Part shown: positions 1 to 10,800 of the stretch, piece by piece
Position numbering within the stretch: the first letter of the stretch is position 1
How the letters are laid out: each line of letters starts with the position of its first letter
Source: Yuukianura sp. NJ FZ-2021
Taxonomy: Eukaryota
NCBI GenBank assembly: GCA_046563655.1
Contig: CM102286.1
Location: forward strand, 10,850,001-10,914,000
Length of the DNA: 64,000 nt
Reading direction: 5' to 3'
Translations under genes and position numbers: made by a program
Notes under the pieces: model-generated
What the model was told of the DNA's origin: nothing
Seen by the model: the letters and a program-made list of their open reading frames with translations, nothing else
The model's database searches: none

Positions 1-1294
1 CCCCAAGGAAATCAACAGGACTCTGACACTGATTAACGACCGCCATGAGCATTTCATCTTTCGTGCTCCTAGCCTAACCTAATCGATTAGGATTAAGGAA
101 CATAACCTAACTTCAGATTGAAATTAACCCAACAAATCAACAACTCCGAAAAAGAGCCAAAAGTACCACTAGGACAGTTACTGAAGCTGAGCCTTGAAAA
201 AGTAAGCGGAATAAGCGGGCACCGAAATAGGTCAAGCTAGGTTAACATTTTAGGCTGGACTATTGGAGCAGGTAATGTCTTTTGGGCAGATGAGTGGTGA
301 AAGCGTGGATGATCAACAGGGAGAAATGAATTTAGAACCTTGTGTTTCTGATCGTGCTCATCCTACACTTCGTTCCCACTGGAATCTGCTCCATCTGCTG
401 CCCCTGGAAACTTTGAGCCTTATAAATGAGTTTGTTGGTTGTGGGAAGAAGGCCCTTAAGGGCCACTGCTTCTGCACCCCTAAGCCCTTTGAAAGGTTAA
501 TCATACCCTTAAAATTACACAAGCGTTTCGTGTTCAGTTTCATAAACTCATCTTCTGCCAGAACACAAAAACTGAAGCTGTGAAATGATTTAAAGGACTC
601 GGCTGGCGCCAGCTTGTCCAAAGTCCTTCACTCCAGAGGTCCCTTCACATTCATCGCTTTGGACACCATGGACATTAGTTCCAAAGGGACCCCCGATGGT
701 AACTCCAAGTCACTCAAGGGGCCTTGGGAAGAAAGTTGAGACGGCCCTGCAGAGACCCTTCAAAAGTGGTTATTAGGACAACCAAAGGGCACTCGTAGAT
801 CAGGTTCCACAACGACTCATTTCTCACGTAATTTATCCGTAATTCCAGACAACATTTTCTCACCAACGTTTTCAATTTTGAAAGTCTTCAAAAATAATCA
901 CTTCTATTAATTAACACACTTCGGAGATGAAAACCAATCGTGAGTACACACAAACCCACAAACCAATCAGAGCATAGGAGGATCATTCGGAATGCTTTAC
1001 ATGTAAATTAAAGGAACGCGCCAAAATCCCTCAGTTCATCCCCCTTCGCATTAATTTTCTTGAAGATTCGAGCGAAGAACAAGCCTTTTGGACAGATATT
1101 AGATTTCATATCTCCAGCTCTTTCTTGACTTCGTCTCATATTGCCTCGCAGCTTGAAACCTTTAATTCTCCCGCGACATGAGTTCGTCCTAATAACTACT
1201 ACGCCCTATAACACAAACCCTCCTCCCTCTACAAAAGACACTATTTGCCTTTATTAACACTCTGGAACAAAACTTTTGGGCCGTTTTCTCATGT

Positions 1295-1311
1295 ATTATT
1301 TCAAAAGTTTT
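1295..1311 (+). repeat. LINE target-site duplication, left copy
   Basis: ATTATTTCAAAAGTTTT, identical to 6108-6124 (first 3 nt overlap the ATTC tail, so the TSD is 14-17 bp). Confidence 0.9.
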
Positions 1312-1853
1312 TGAATAGTTTATTACTAGAGAGAGCTCCTTATGATTACAATTGTGAAGCATAAATTTCAGCTGGGTTTAGCAACTCCATTGAGTCTTGA
1401 CCTAAATTTCATTATCTCTCTCCTAGCGGGAGTTCATTCCTTAGCAGATTTTCAATTTTGGGATAGTAGCTCCACACTTTGATTGATTGTAGCACAATAC
1501 AAATTACAGTGAACAGAGGATTGAGTTTGAACGCTCAAGACGATCAGCTGATGTTATCTTGTCAATCAACGGGATATCGGATAACGGGATAATCAACAAC
1601 GATACTCCAACATCCTAAACCGGGGATCAATTAACTATCCAGTTAGTTGACGACAGCAGTAGTGAAAGATCCAGTTAAACCAAATCGATCAATTTGAAAG
1701 TGAAAGGAAAACAACTGTTGAAGACCACGAACCAGTACTCATCGTCACCTCATCACCTCAAAATCAACCTCATCAACTCCAAAGGCATTCATTCTCGTTC
1801 ACTCAATTACGTACTTTCTACATCCTTCCGTCGACTGATTATGTAAAAACGAA

Positions 1854-2660
1854 ATGCCAGGGCCCGTCGAACGTTCACCTCCCCAACCCTCAACCAACAA
1901 TCAAAGAAAATCAACATCGTTTACCGAAAATCTAGCAAAGTTTAAGAAGCGCCCAGCAGAACTCATTGATTCTCCAATTTCACCGGCCCAAAAAAGAGGA
2001 AAACAAAACGATCCACAGTATCCCGAAGACATAACGCCGGAAAACAAAATGGAAGACAAAATGAATCAAATCCTACAACAACTCAGCATCCTTCCATCGA
2101 TTGCTGAGACTGTGGCCACCACAAATACCCAGCTAACGGTAGTCTCCGATGCGGTCGAACGTCTCCATCAACGCTGCCAGGAACTGACGGATCGCTTGAC
2201 AGCGCAAGAGCAACATGTAGCGAAACTGGAATCGTCAGTGATCACTCTGAAGGATGAAAACCATGACTTACAGCTCACGGTCGGCCGACTACAAGCGGAA
2301 ATGAATAAGAACTTCCTCATATTCCAAGGAATTCCTGAAGACACCACTAATCTTGAGAACTTCGTCACCCAATTCATCGCTGCAAACCTCAATCTGTCAC
2401 AAATTGAAGTAAAACTAGTACGTCGAATTGGAAGATCTCCACAAACTCTGAGTTCCCGCCCACGACCAGTATCTGTCAACTTTCCCAGCATCGATCACCG
2501 CAATGCCGTCCTGAATGCCTCCAAAAAACTGAAGCACACTGAAATATCAATTTATGCAGATCGTCCCAAGATCCTTAGAGATGAAGCCAAACGAAAATGG
2601 GAAATCAGGAACAAATCACATGCACCGATCAACCAACCAAAACCCCCGAACCAGTATTGA
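1854..2660 (+). CDS. LINE ORF1 (coiled coil plus RRM-like RNA-binding domain)
   Basis: 268 aa. Heptad region followed by NFLIFQGIPE...RRIGR...PRPVSVNF...KKLKHTEISIYADRP, typical of L1-transposase-like ORF1 proteins. Confidence 0.9.
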   Translation: MPGPVERSPPQPSTNNQRKSTSFTENLAKFKKRPAELIDSPISPAQKRGKQNDPQYPEDITPENKMEDKMNQILQQLSILPSIAETVATTNTQLTVVSDAVERLHQRCQELTDRLTAQEQHVAKLESSVITLKDENHDLQLTVGRLQAEMNKNFLIFQGIPEDTTNLENFVTQFIAANLNLSQIEVKLVRRIGRSPQTLSSRPRPVSVNFPSIDHRNAVLNASKKLKHTEISIYADRPKILRDEAKRKWEIRNKSHAPINQPKPPNQY

Positions 2661-5600
2661 CATCTCGGCAGCCCTCAACAAGCACTCACTCTTCGCAATC
2701 CAGTTACTATTTTATACTACAACGTCAACGGTATTTTAAGTAAGAGATCCGACTTTTTTATAGATTTAATTAACATCAACCCAACAATCTTTTGTCTAAG
2801 TGAAACTATGCTTACTTCTAAGTCTTTTACAAATTTTCACCTTCAACAATCCTACGAAATTAAAGTAATTCCAGCACAGCAAAGATCCCGTGGGAGACCA
2901 AGCGGCGGACTAATTATTGCATGGGACAAACAAATAGCGAATCAAGTATCAATTCTTAAACAAACTTCATTCTATATTATCCTAAAACTGAACACTCTGA
3001 GCAAAAGTATTAATCTAGTTTTCTTCTACCTTTCTCCAGATACCGTGTACTGCCCGAAGCTAACCGAGATGATGGAGGATGTAACTTTTTTAAACAACCC
3101 CTTGAACAGTTTAATCCTTGTCGGGGACGCCAATGCCCACACAAGTTCTCTATCCACGTCAATGGGTCCACAAAGATCAAGTAAAGATACCCGTCTAAAC
3201 GCAAGAGGACAGGAACTACTAAAACACGCAGAATCAAATGGTCTAATTATTGGGAACGGTGCAATTGAAGGTGATAGACTAGGGGAATTTACATTTATAA
3301 GCCCATCTCACTCTACCTCTACAGTAATCGATTACTTACTATTCTCTCCTTCTTGTCTAGACCTAATACGCTCTTTCAACGTCTTAGATCTTTCTCACTC
3401 ACCTCATTTCCCAATACTCACCACCTTAGCCGAGTCGATCCATAAACCTCAACCCAGATCTAACAAAATACAGATCAAAGTCCCGAAGGACACCACCCTA
3501 TTGCAAAAATTTAAAAATGAGCTAAACAACAACATGCACAGAGTCAATGCAGCACAATCACCATCCACGACACGAAACCAGATCTACACCAGCATCTTAG
3601 ATGCTTGTAAAGCAAGCAAACTCTGCACTGAACGAAGCTCACTGCCGCCCAAAAAGATGCCACCGTGGTTTGACAAGGAATGTGTAACCCAAAAATACGC
3701 AAGAAATAAAGCGCTACGTCACTTTAGACGCATATCAGCACTCAAATTTCAAAAAAAGTCGGCGGCGTTACAGAACTACATCCAACTAAACAAGGCATAC
3801 CGCAATACCTGCAAAGAAAAATCGGAATCCTTCGCCCTCCAACTCCAGAAGAAATTCCATAACATCAAAAACTCAAAGTCGTTCTGGAACACAGTTAAAC
3901 ACTACAAACCGAAACAAGTCAATCAAGTGAACCAAATCGAAGGGCCTATTTGGCACGGTCACTTCTCCAACGTATTCAACCCGAAAGTGAAGAAAACGAT
4001 TCCACCTCCAAACCTAGAACTCAATTCTATTCATGCCGACCCGATCCTTGATTCTCCGTTCAGCCCTCTTGAACTTAAACTCCTAATCCGAAAAACAAAG
4101 TCTGGAAAGGCAACTGGACTAGACGGTATCCCTAATGAAATATTCAAGCTGTTCACAGACGCTTCCATTTCCAAGCTATCCGAACACTTCCAAATCATCT
4201 ATGACACTGGAGAAATTCCCACCTCTTGGTCAGAAGCTCTCGTTTCCCCTATCCACAAAAAAGGTCTCAGAAACGATCCTAACAATTATCGCCCCATCTC
4301 ACTGCTGAATACAATCCTAAAACTGTTTACATCTGCGCTCACTAACAGACTTAACCTGTGGATCGTCAAGAACAAAAGGATATCTCCATTCCAAGCTGGT
4401 TTCCAGAAACACCGCAGCACAGCAGACCACATTTTCACCCTAAACGCTCTAATTCAAAAACAACTCGGAAAAAAACAAAAACTGTATGCATGTTTCGTCG
4501 ACCTTCGTCAAGCTTTCGACACCCCAAACCATAACATGCTATGGACAACTCTACTAAACCACGGAGTATCAACTAAATTTATTCGCGTTTTTCGAAACAT
4601 CTACAGTCACGCCTCGGCAAAAATAAACTGTGGAAATACTCTCACCGAAAGCATCCCAATCACCAAAGGCGTACTACAAGGCGAAGTTGCCAGCCCCTGT
4701 CTTTTTAACCTTTACATGGAAGGACTTTCAGAGAAATTCAAAAATTTAAAAATTTGTGACCTCTCACTAATGTCAACTGTAATCCACCACCTTTTGTACG
4801 CTGATGACCTAGTGATCCTCGCACACTCGGCCGAAGCTCTGCAACAGAAAATCACACTGACCTCAAACTTCTTCCACTCAAGGCTACTTGAGGTGAACCT
4901 TAGGAAAACTAAAGTCATTGTATTCACAGAATCAGGACGCTTACCAAAAAACGAAAAATTCCACTGGCGAAAGACAGAAATCGAAAAAACAAAAAGCTAC
5001 GAATACCTTGGAGTCACATTTCAATCAAACGGAAAATTTTCTCTACACACAAAAATGGCAATAGTGAAAGGACTCGCCATTTCCGCCACTCTCAAAAGCT
5101 TTGTTAAGATCCCCAAAACTTTTAACCTCAATTCGACATTGAAACTCCTAAACTCTGTCCTTTGCTCATCTATTCTTTACTGTGCGGGTATTTGGGGCTT
5201 GGGCCATGGCGACGATCTTGAAACCGTTCAGCAACGCTTTCTAAAACAGACAATAGGACTGCCACGCACATGCGCTAACTACTTCGTAAGAATTGAAACT
5301 GGATGCCCTCACACCACTATGCATATTGCAAAGGCGGCATATAAACAATGGGTAAAAATACTGTCGGGAAACGAAAATTCCTTAATCAAATGTGCATACA
5401 AAGAGACTCGTAGGGCGGCGGCGTCCGACGCACGGCGAACGAACTGGGCAACACAATTCAGAAACCTACTAATCTCGGTTGGCATGGGTAACATTTGGCT
5501 AAACGACTCCTATAATATAGCAGATAGAAATTATAATACATTTGTAACTAGGTTAAGGAAAAAATTATTTTCTGAAGATCTTAGCAGGGCAGCAAAATCT

Positions 5601-5987
5601 GAAACGATGCCTCACTACCACGCTCTCACTAAACCAACAACCCGTGGTTTCTATCTAAATGCCGGGCTCCCAAAATACGCCGTTCTCAGGATTGCGCAAC
5701 TCCGACTGAACCACAATGCCATCCTTCACAACAACGTGTGGATAAATCTGGGCTCTTTTGAACAACAAAATTGCAAATTCTGCGGAGACAACCTATCCTT
5801 CGAACACGTGCTGCTCCAGTGCCCAAACAGCCAAAAACCCCGAGACCAATTAACCCATAAACTAGCCGTTAAAGACATTCAAGAACTAATCTACAAGCTT
5901 TCCACATCAATCCAACCTCTTCAAACATACAAACAATTCCATATCTTCGCAATCACTGTAATTGAGCCACACTATACCCGTGCATAA
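2661..5987 (+). CDS. LINE ORF2 (AP endonuclease, reverse transcriptase, C-terminal CCHC)
   Basis: Open frame from 2661, with first ATG at 2808. APE motifs YYNVNG, CLSET, GDANAH, IDYLL, SPHFP. RT motifs NYRPISLL, FVDLRQAFD, GVLQGE, LLYADD, YEYLG. C-terminal CKFC...EHVLLQC. No internal stops. Confidence 0.95.
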   Translation, partial: HLGSPQQALTLRNPVTILYYNVNGILSKRSDFFIDLININPTIFCLSETMLTSKSFTNFHLQQSYEIKVIPAQQRSRGRPSGGLIIAWDKQIANQVSILKQTSFYIILKLNTLSKSINLVFFYLSPDTVYCPKLTEMMEDVTFLNNPLNSLILVGDANAHTSSLSTSMGPQRSSKDTRLNARGQELLKHAESNGLIIGNGAIEGDRLGEFTFISPSHSTSTVIDYLLFSPSCLDLIRSFNVLDLSHSPHFPILTTLAESIHKPQPRSNKIQIKVPKDTTLLQKFKNELNNNMHRVNAAQSPSTTRNQIYTSILDACKASKLCTERSSLPPKKMPPWFDKECVTQKYARNKALRHFRRISALKFQKKSAALQNYIQLNKAYRNTCKEKSESFALQLQKKFHNIKNSKSFWNTVKHYKPKQVNQVNQIEGPIWHGHFSNVFNPKVKKTIPPPNLELNSIHADPILDSPFSPLELKLLIRKTKSGKATGLDGIPNEIFKLFTDASISKLSEHFQIIYDTGEIPTSWSEALVSPIHKKGLRNDPNNYRPISLLNTILKLFTSALTNRLNLWIVKNKRISPFQAGFQKHRSTADHIFTLNALIQKQLGKKQKLYACFVDLRQAFDTPNHNMLWTTLLNHGVSTKFIRVFRNIYSHASAKINCGNTLTESIPITKGVLQGEVASPCLFNLYMEGLSEKFKNLKICDLSLMSTVIHHLLYADDLVILAHSAEALQQKITLTSNFFHSRLLEVNLRKTKVIVFTESGRLPKNEKFHWRKTEIEKTKSYEYLGVTFQSNGKFSLHTKMAIVKGLAISATLKSFVKIPKTFNLNSTLKLLNSVLCSSILYCAGIWGLGHGDDLETVQQRFLKQTIGLPRTCANYFVRIETGCPHTTMHIAKAAYKQWVKILSGNENSLIKCAYKETRRAAASDARRTNWATQFRNLLISVGMGNIWLNDSYNIADRNYNTFVTRLRKKLFSEDLSRAAKSETMPHYHALTKPTTRGFYLNAGLPKYAVLRIAQLRLNHNAILHNNVWINLGSFEQQNCKFCGDNLSFEHVLLQCPNSQKPRDQLTHKLAVKDIQELIYKLSTSIQPLQTYKQFHIFAITVIEPHYTRA

Positions 5988-6061
5988 ATTACCTACATCA
6001 ATTTCCCTCTTTTATTTCGAATTTAAATCTAAGATATAAGTAACTCATAATATCTACTTGT

Positions 6062-6110
6062 TGATCAGGGTGTGCCCATATGTCAATAAATAAATATTCA
6101 TTCATTCATT
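6062..6110 (+). terminator. LINE 3' end: GGG-TGTG-CCC stem-loop, AATAAA, (ATTC)n tail
   Basis: tgatcagggtgtgcccatatgtcaataaataaatattcattcattcatt, immediately before the right TSD. Confidence 0.75.
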
Positions 6111-6124
6111 ATTTCAAAAGTTTT
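6108..6124 (+). repeat. LINE target-site duplication, right copy
   Basis: ATTATTTCAAAAGTTTT, identical to 1295-1311. Confidence 0.9.
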
Positions 6125-7740
6125 AAAGTTTTGAGGAGAAACCATGTCTTGTTTCCCCTTTGTCTCTCTTGGCGGGTTTTATGAATTTGAGTTTTACACT
6201 TTTTAGTTAATTAGTCCAAAGAAGTTCTCAATGGCACGTTCGTACTAAAGGATCCTCTTGCACTATTCTCATTAGATAGTCTTAAGTCCAGGACGAACCA
6301 GAGTTGGGCACGTAGAGAAAACTTTGTAAATTTCTTTTCCACTCTTCTCCGGTTTCTACTTTTGGTGGAAAGTGCATTTGGAGAAAGTAAATCATTCGAA
6401 ACTTTCTCCTTTATTACACAAAAGATCGAATTTCCGTGCCCAGCTCTCGAGAGTTTTCAAATGGAACTTCGCCACTTTCTCCCACTAGTGCCAGGGATGG
6501 GCAGGTTTGAATTTTTTGAGGCGGGAGAAAGTTTTCTTTTTGGTTGGCCAAAAAGATACTCAAAATCGGATGGACTTTTGCGTTTCAAAAAAAAAATAAA
6601 GAAGTCTCTAGTGACTTTGGCTTCAGAATTTGAAGGAAGGAAAAGGGAATGGAAAAATCGAATTCGAATTTGAAGGAGGGAGGGAGGAAATAAAGGTTTT
6701 CATTTGAAACGGATGGCTCTCATGAGAAATTCGAACATGTTTGGATTTGGATTTCAAAGTTTGGCGCTTTTCTAAGTTGAAAATTTTCACATCTTAAAAA
6801 AGAGCCAAAAAAATCTTAAAGGGAAGGAAAACTGGATTCTGTTTAAAAAAATGCTTTTACTGACATTGCAAAAAGAGAAAATGTTTATGTTTAGAACCAA
6901 GCTTTACCGCCAAAGCTGTTAGAAGCTTTTCCCGCCACATTTAAAAATGCAAATTCAAACCCGCCGACCTCGTCTCCTTTCTCTGCTATTTTCTTTTGGC
7001 AAGTCGGTTTCACACTCTCAAAGAATCCATTTCATACCCTAGATTGCATCCCATTTGAGTCAATTTTAATGGTAATCTCCAAGGCTTAAGAACCAAAACC
7101 GAAGAGCATGAAAAGCGGGAACTTTTGAATAAATCCGAAAATCGATTCCCGCTCGTTTCGTTAAAAGCCTCAAATTGAGAATTTGTAGTTTGATGAGATT
7201 GGAGAGAAAGTTTCTATATATTCCTCCTGAAGAAGTGGAATGAATAATGAAGGAAATGAACCTCTACTGCTCTGATTCCCGGGAGAGGGCAAAGCCCGGG
7301 AAAGTTTGAAGGAGCTTTGTTCCATTTCAAATGTTGCGGCGTGAGGATTTGAGTGAAAAGACAAGAGACTTTGGTGTGACAAGTAGCAGAGGTGTGAGAC
7401 ACACCAAAGTTTCATCGACTCTCGCACAAACTCTATTATTGAAAGAATCTGAAGCATTTCTTTCTTTTGACTCTCGTGTTCAACTTCTTTAAGATTGCGT
7501 GTTTTGGCGCGCACCAGTTTTGAAAAGAAAATGCCAAACTTTTTCTGTGAGAAAGTGAAATTGACTTTCACAAGGGAAAGTGAGAAACCCGCCACTTTGT
7601 GAGAGAACACAAAGGAACAAAGTTTTACATATGAGTAACGGCCTGGAAATGAAAGCTCTCACAAAGTGGGCGTGGGTTGTCATAAAAGAAGATATGAAAG
7701 TTTGCATGAAAAGAGTTGAGAACTCTTAAGAAAGTGGCTA

Positions 7741-7800
7741 GCAGGTGTAGTGAATGGTAAATCGAAGGTGTGATTGCGGGTTCGAATCCTACCTCCAGCA
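7741..7800 (+). mobile_element. tRNA-derived SINE head or tRNA relic
   Basis: A-box-like TAGTGAATGG (7748) and canonical B box GGTTCGAATCC (7779-7789), with a partial acceptor/T stem. Anticodon arm is missing. Confidence 0.45.
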
Positions 7801-10800
7801 GTTGGATTTTATGGAAGTTGATACCAGCGGAAGATAACGGTTGCGAATATTGGGCGTATAAGATCTTGTACGACTTTTGAATTACGCCGCCATAATGACG
7901 CCAACGGTTAACGGCGTGGAGCTCTTTAGCCAAAGTGCGAAATTTCCTCATGCCGCAAAAAGTTTTCCTCCTTCTGTTTAAAACATTTCCTGGTTAAAAC
8001 AGTCTCCGCTGAACAAAACCCGTGCTGGTACTAATGATTTTGAGGTACACGTTCAACACCTCAAGGGATAATACTTTGACTCTGAAATTTTAAGTTTTTT
8101 AAAAAGTTGGGCAGCAACTGTTGTGGATTTTGAATGTTTAGGTATAGTACGGCAACAACTGTTTTTAGTTATACGGAAGTCTTAATCTAGAAGTTCCTGT
8201 TTTAAATTAGTGTTGTACAAAATGGATAGTTATCTCCTTGTAGTTCTAAATTGAACGACAGTGTTCAAACAAAGTTCTAAGCAGAACTTGTAACTCTGCC
8301 TGTCAGACCCTGCTGATGTCTTCTTTTCCAAGTTTTCGTGGCTAACCCTGTTCATTTCCTCGGTTCTTCACCGCATCCCAACTTCCCAACTTCCTTTGCG
8401 GAATTACTTCTCTCCAATTACTTCCTTCCCTTAAGTCTCAAACTTTGTTTACTTACCTTTGTACAAACTTAAACTTGAACAACATAAAGTTTTCTACAAA
8501 ACCAGTCCTTTCTAATGATCATGTTTCCGTTTCAAAATAACAGACTTGTGCAAATATTTTGAAAATTTAACAATTTTTAGAAAAATACTTCACAGACAAT
8601 TTCACTAAAACCAGATTCAGAGAATTAGGGTCACCCCACGCCTTGCCGAGGAAGCTTCGTTGTGAGAATTTGTCACAAAATTGAACGCATGCCGTTTTGA
8701 CACACTTGAAAAATGAAGAAAAGGGAGGGTTTTTGGTGCAGAGCTTAAAAGTTAAATAGCGGCTTAATTGGAATTCAATTGAGAACAGAAGTTGTTCTGT
8801 GCTGTTTGAACATTGTTTGAACAGTGCATTTCCTCTATTAGTATTTTCTACTTGAAGTTGTCTGAAGCTCATTCAAGTGTCAATTGCATCTCACTGACAT
8901 CCGGTGATGCTCGACTGCATGCTTGCGGAGGATGTTACACTTTTATGGACTGCGAGCCTACATCTGTTTAAATGTCACTGGGACTACAGGATGAGAACTT
9001 AATGTCATTCCGGAGCCATGGTATGGTAAAACATTTTCAAAATTGTCTGGTTTTTTAAAGTATTAGTGCTGAAAATTTTATAAACTTGGTTCCAACGTTC
9101 CATTTCCTGTTAAACCTGTTCAAATGCGCTGTAAACTTTCTGTCAAGGTCCGCAAAAATGTTTTTGCTACACCAGATTGTCCAGTAACTCGATGTTTTTG
9201 TTGTTGTTTTTTTTTCAATTTGAAAAACTATTTTCCTATGGTAATGATTTTCATTAAAGAAATTTGAATTGGGGGGAAATGGAAATGGGGGGGGGGGCCA
9301 AATTAGTTGAAGAAATTTTTTTGCAAACCCCGAGTTATTGTACAACCTGTCGGAAATACAATTCTATTGTCTAGGAGCCTTGCTCTTTGTTATTGACACG
9401 TTAAAGGAAAATCAGATTGGCAAATAGTGACTCATTTGTAATGGATGACCGCACCCGAGAAGCGGCGCAATAACATAAACGGTTCAAATCCTATTTATAA
9501 ATAAACCCTTCGTTGTTATTGTGCAGAACTTTTCTAAACATAAGCACTGAAAAGCCGTGAAAGTAAAAGTTATGCCAGATGCCCACATCCACATGGAAAA
9601 TGACTCATTTGTTGAATAATTTCTAACCTTCTGCGCACCCTCAACGCATGCTAGAGTGAGGTGAAGGACAATATTTCTGGAGACAGTATTGCAGTTTTTA
9701 TGGCGGGATTTATGAGGACTTTTCACCATAAAATTTTCCCCCTAATTTGATTCTCCCTCCATTTTGAAGAAATCAAACTGATATTTTTATGCTCTTAATT
9801 TCAAATGCTGATTAAGCTTTGCTTTTACGACTTCTCCGCCTCTCCTCTGTGTCTCTACACTGCAAATTCCAAAGTTAAGTGAAAGTGGAGGACCATACAG
9901 GTGAAAGTGCTTTTTCAGATACTTTCACTCAACTGGAAATTCCGAAGTGGAAACGAAGATAGAGTAGCGTGATACATTACATTATGAAGTAATTTAGTAC
10001 TGATGAAAATTTTGTGCGTGTTTATTTTGAATTTTCTTCTTAACTCAACTCTTAAGCTCAAAGTGAAATTTTTAACACTGCCCACTTTCTACTATCTCAA
10101 ATGACCTTTTGCTTCCTATTTTAAGGGTCAAAAATGAACAAAATTTTTCAGGACAAAAGAAACTAAATCTTACAAAATAGGAAAACGTTTTTATCAGCGA
10201 GCAGTGACAGAAGTAAAAATATCAGCAAAGTTTAAACATTATATGTATTTGAGTAAAGTTCAAAATTGTAAGCAAAAACTTGTCCGCTTGTGAAAGTTTT
10301 GGCGAAACACAGCGCTAAAGAATTTGTCCAAATTAAAATTTTAGATTCCTGCTCTTTGAGATTAAGAATTTTGTAAGATTTAGGTGATCACATGCTTCGT
10401 GTAGTAATTGATGGGAGCGGGTGATTAGAATCTAAAATTAATGGAGATCTACCCCTCTATAGTCTCTTCCAATGTGAACCTGATGAAATACTTATTTGTT
10501 TCCAAAGTCATTTGCATGCCAAGCGAACCTTAGAGTCAGAAGGGTGTTGTAAAAAAACGAGCGTAAAAACACTTATTCAAAATGTAATTTTAAAAGAAGC
10601 ACGCGAGGAGCTCAAAGATCATTTTTTGGAAATGAAAATTTGTCGTCTCCACTCTCCAAGGTGTTTTTGATTTGCAAAGACCTTTTCCCACTTTCTCTCA
10701 AAATGGAAATTTAAAACGCCTTTTGTTTTTTAAAAATTCAAAATTGTTCTCATCATTTGTCAAATTCAAGCAGACAAAATTTGCCTCACTTTTCTTCAGT

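Larger units (their letters stand above)
1312..6110 (+). mobile_element. Full-length non-LTR retrotransposon (LINE; APE-RT type, CR1/L2/RTE-X-like group)
   Basis: ~540-nt 5'UTR, ORF1, ORF2 (APE, RT, CCHC knuckle), short 3'UTR with AATAAA and (ATTC)n tail. Flanked by an identical direct repeat ATTATTTCAAAAGTTTT at 1295-1311 and 6108-6124. Confidence 0.95.

Noticed and set aside
358..830. Minus-strand coding-like stretch near the window start
   Set aside because: Interrupted by stops, no motif recognised; cannot be assigned.
7741..7800. Functional tRNA gene
   Set aside because: No anticodon arm and mismatched stems; kept only as a SINE-like relic.
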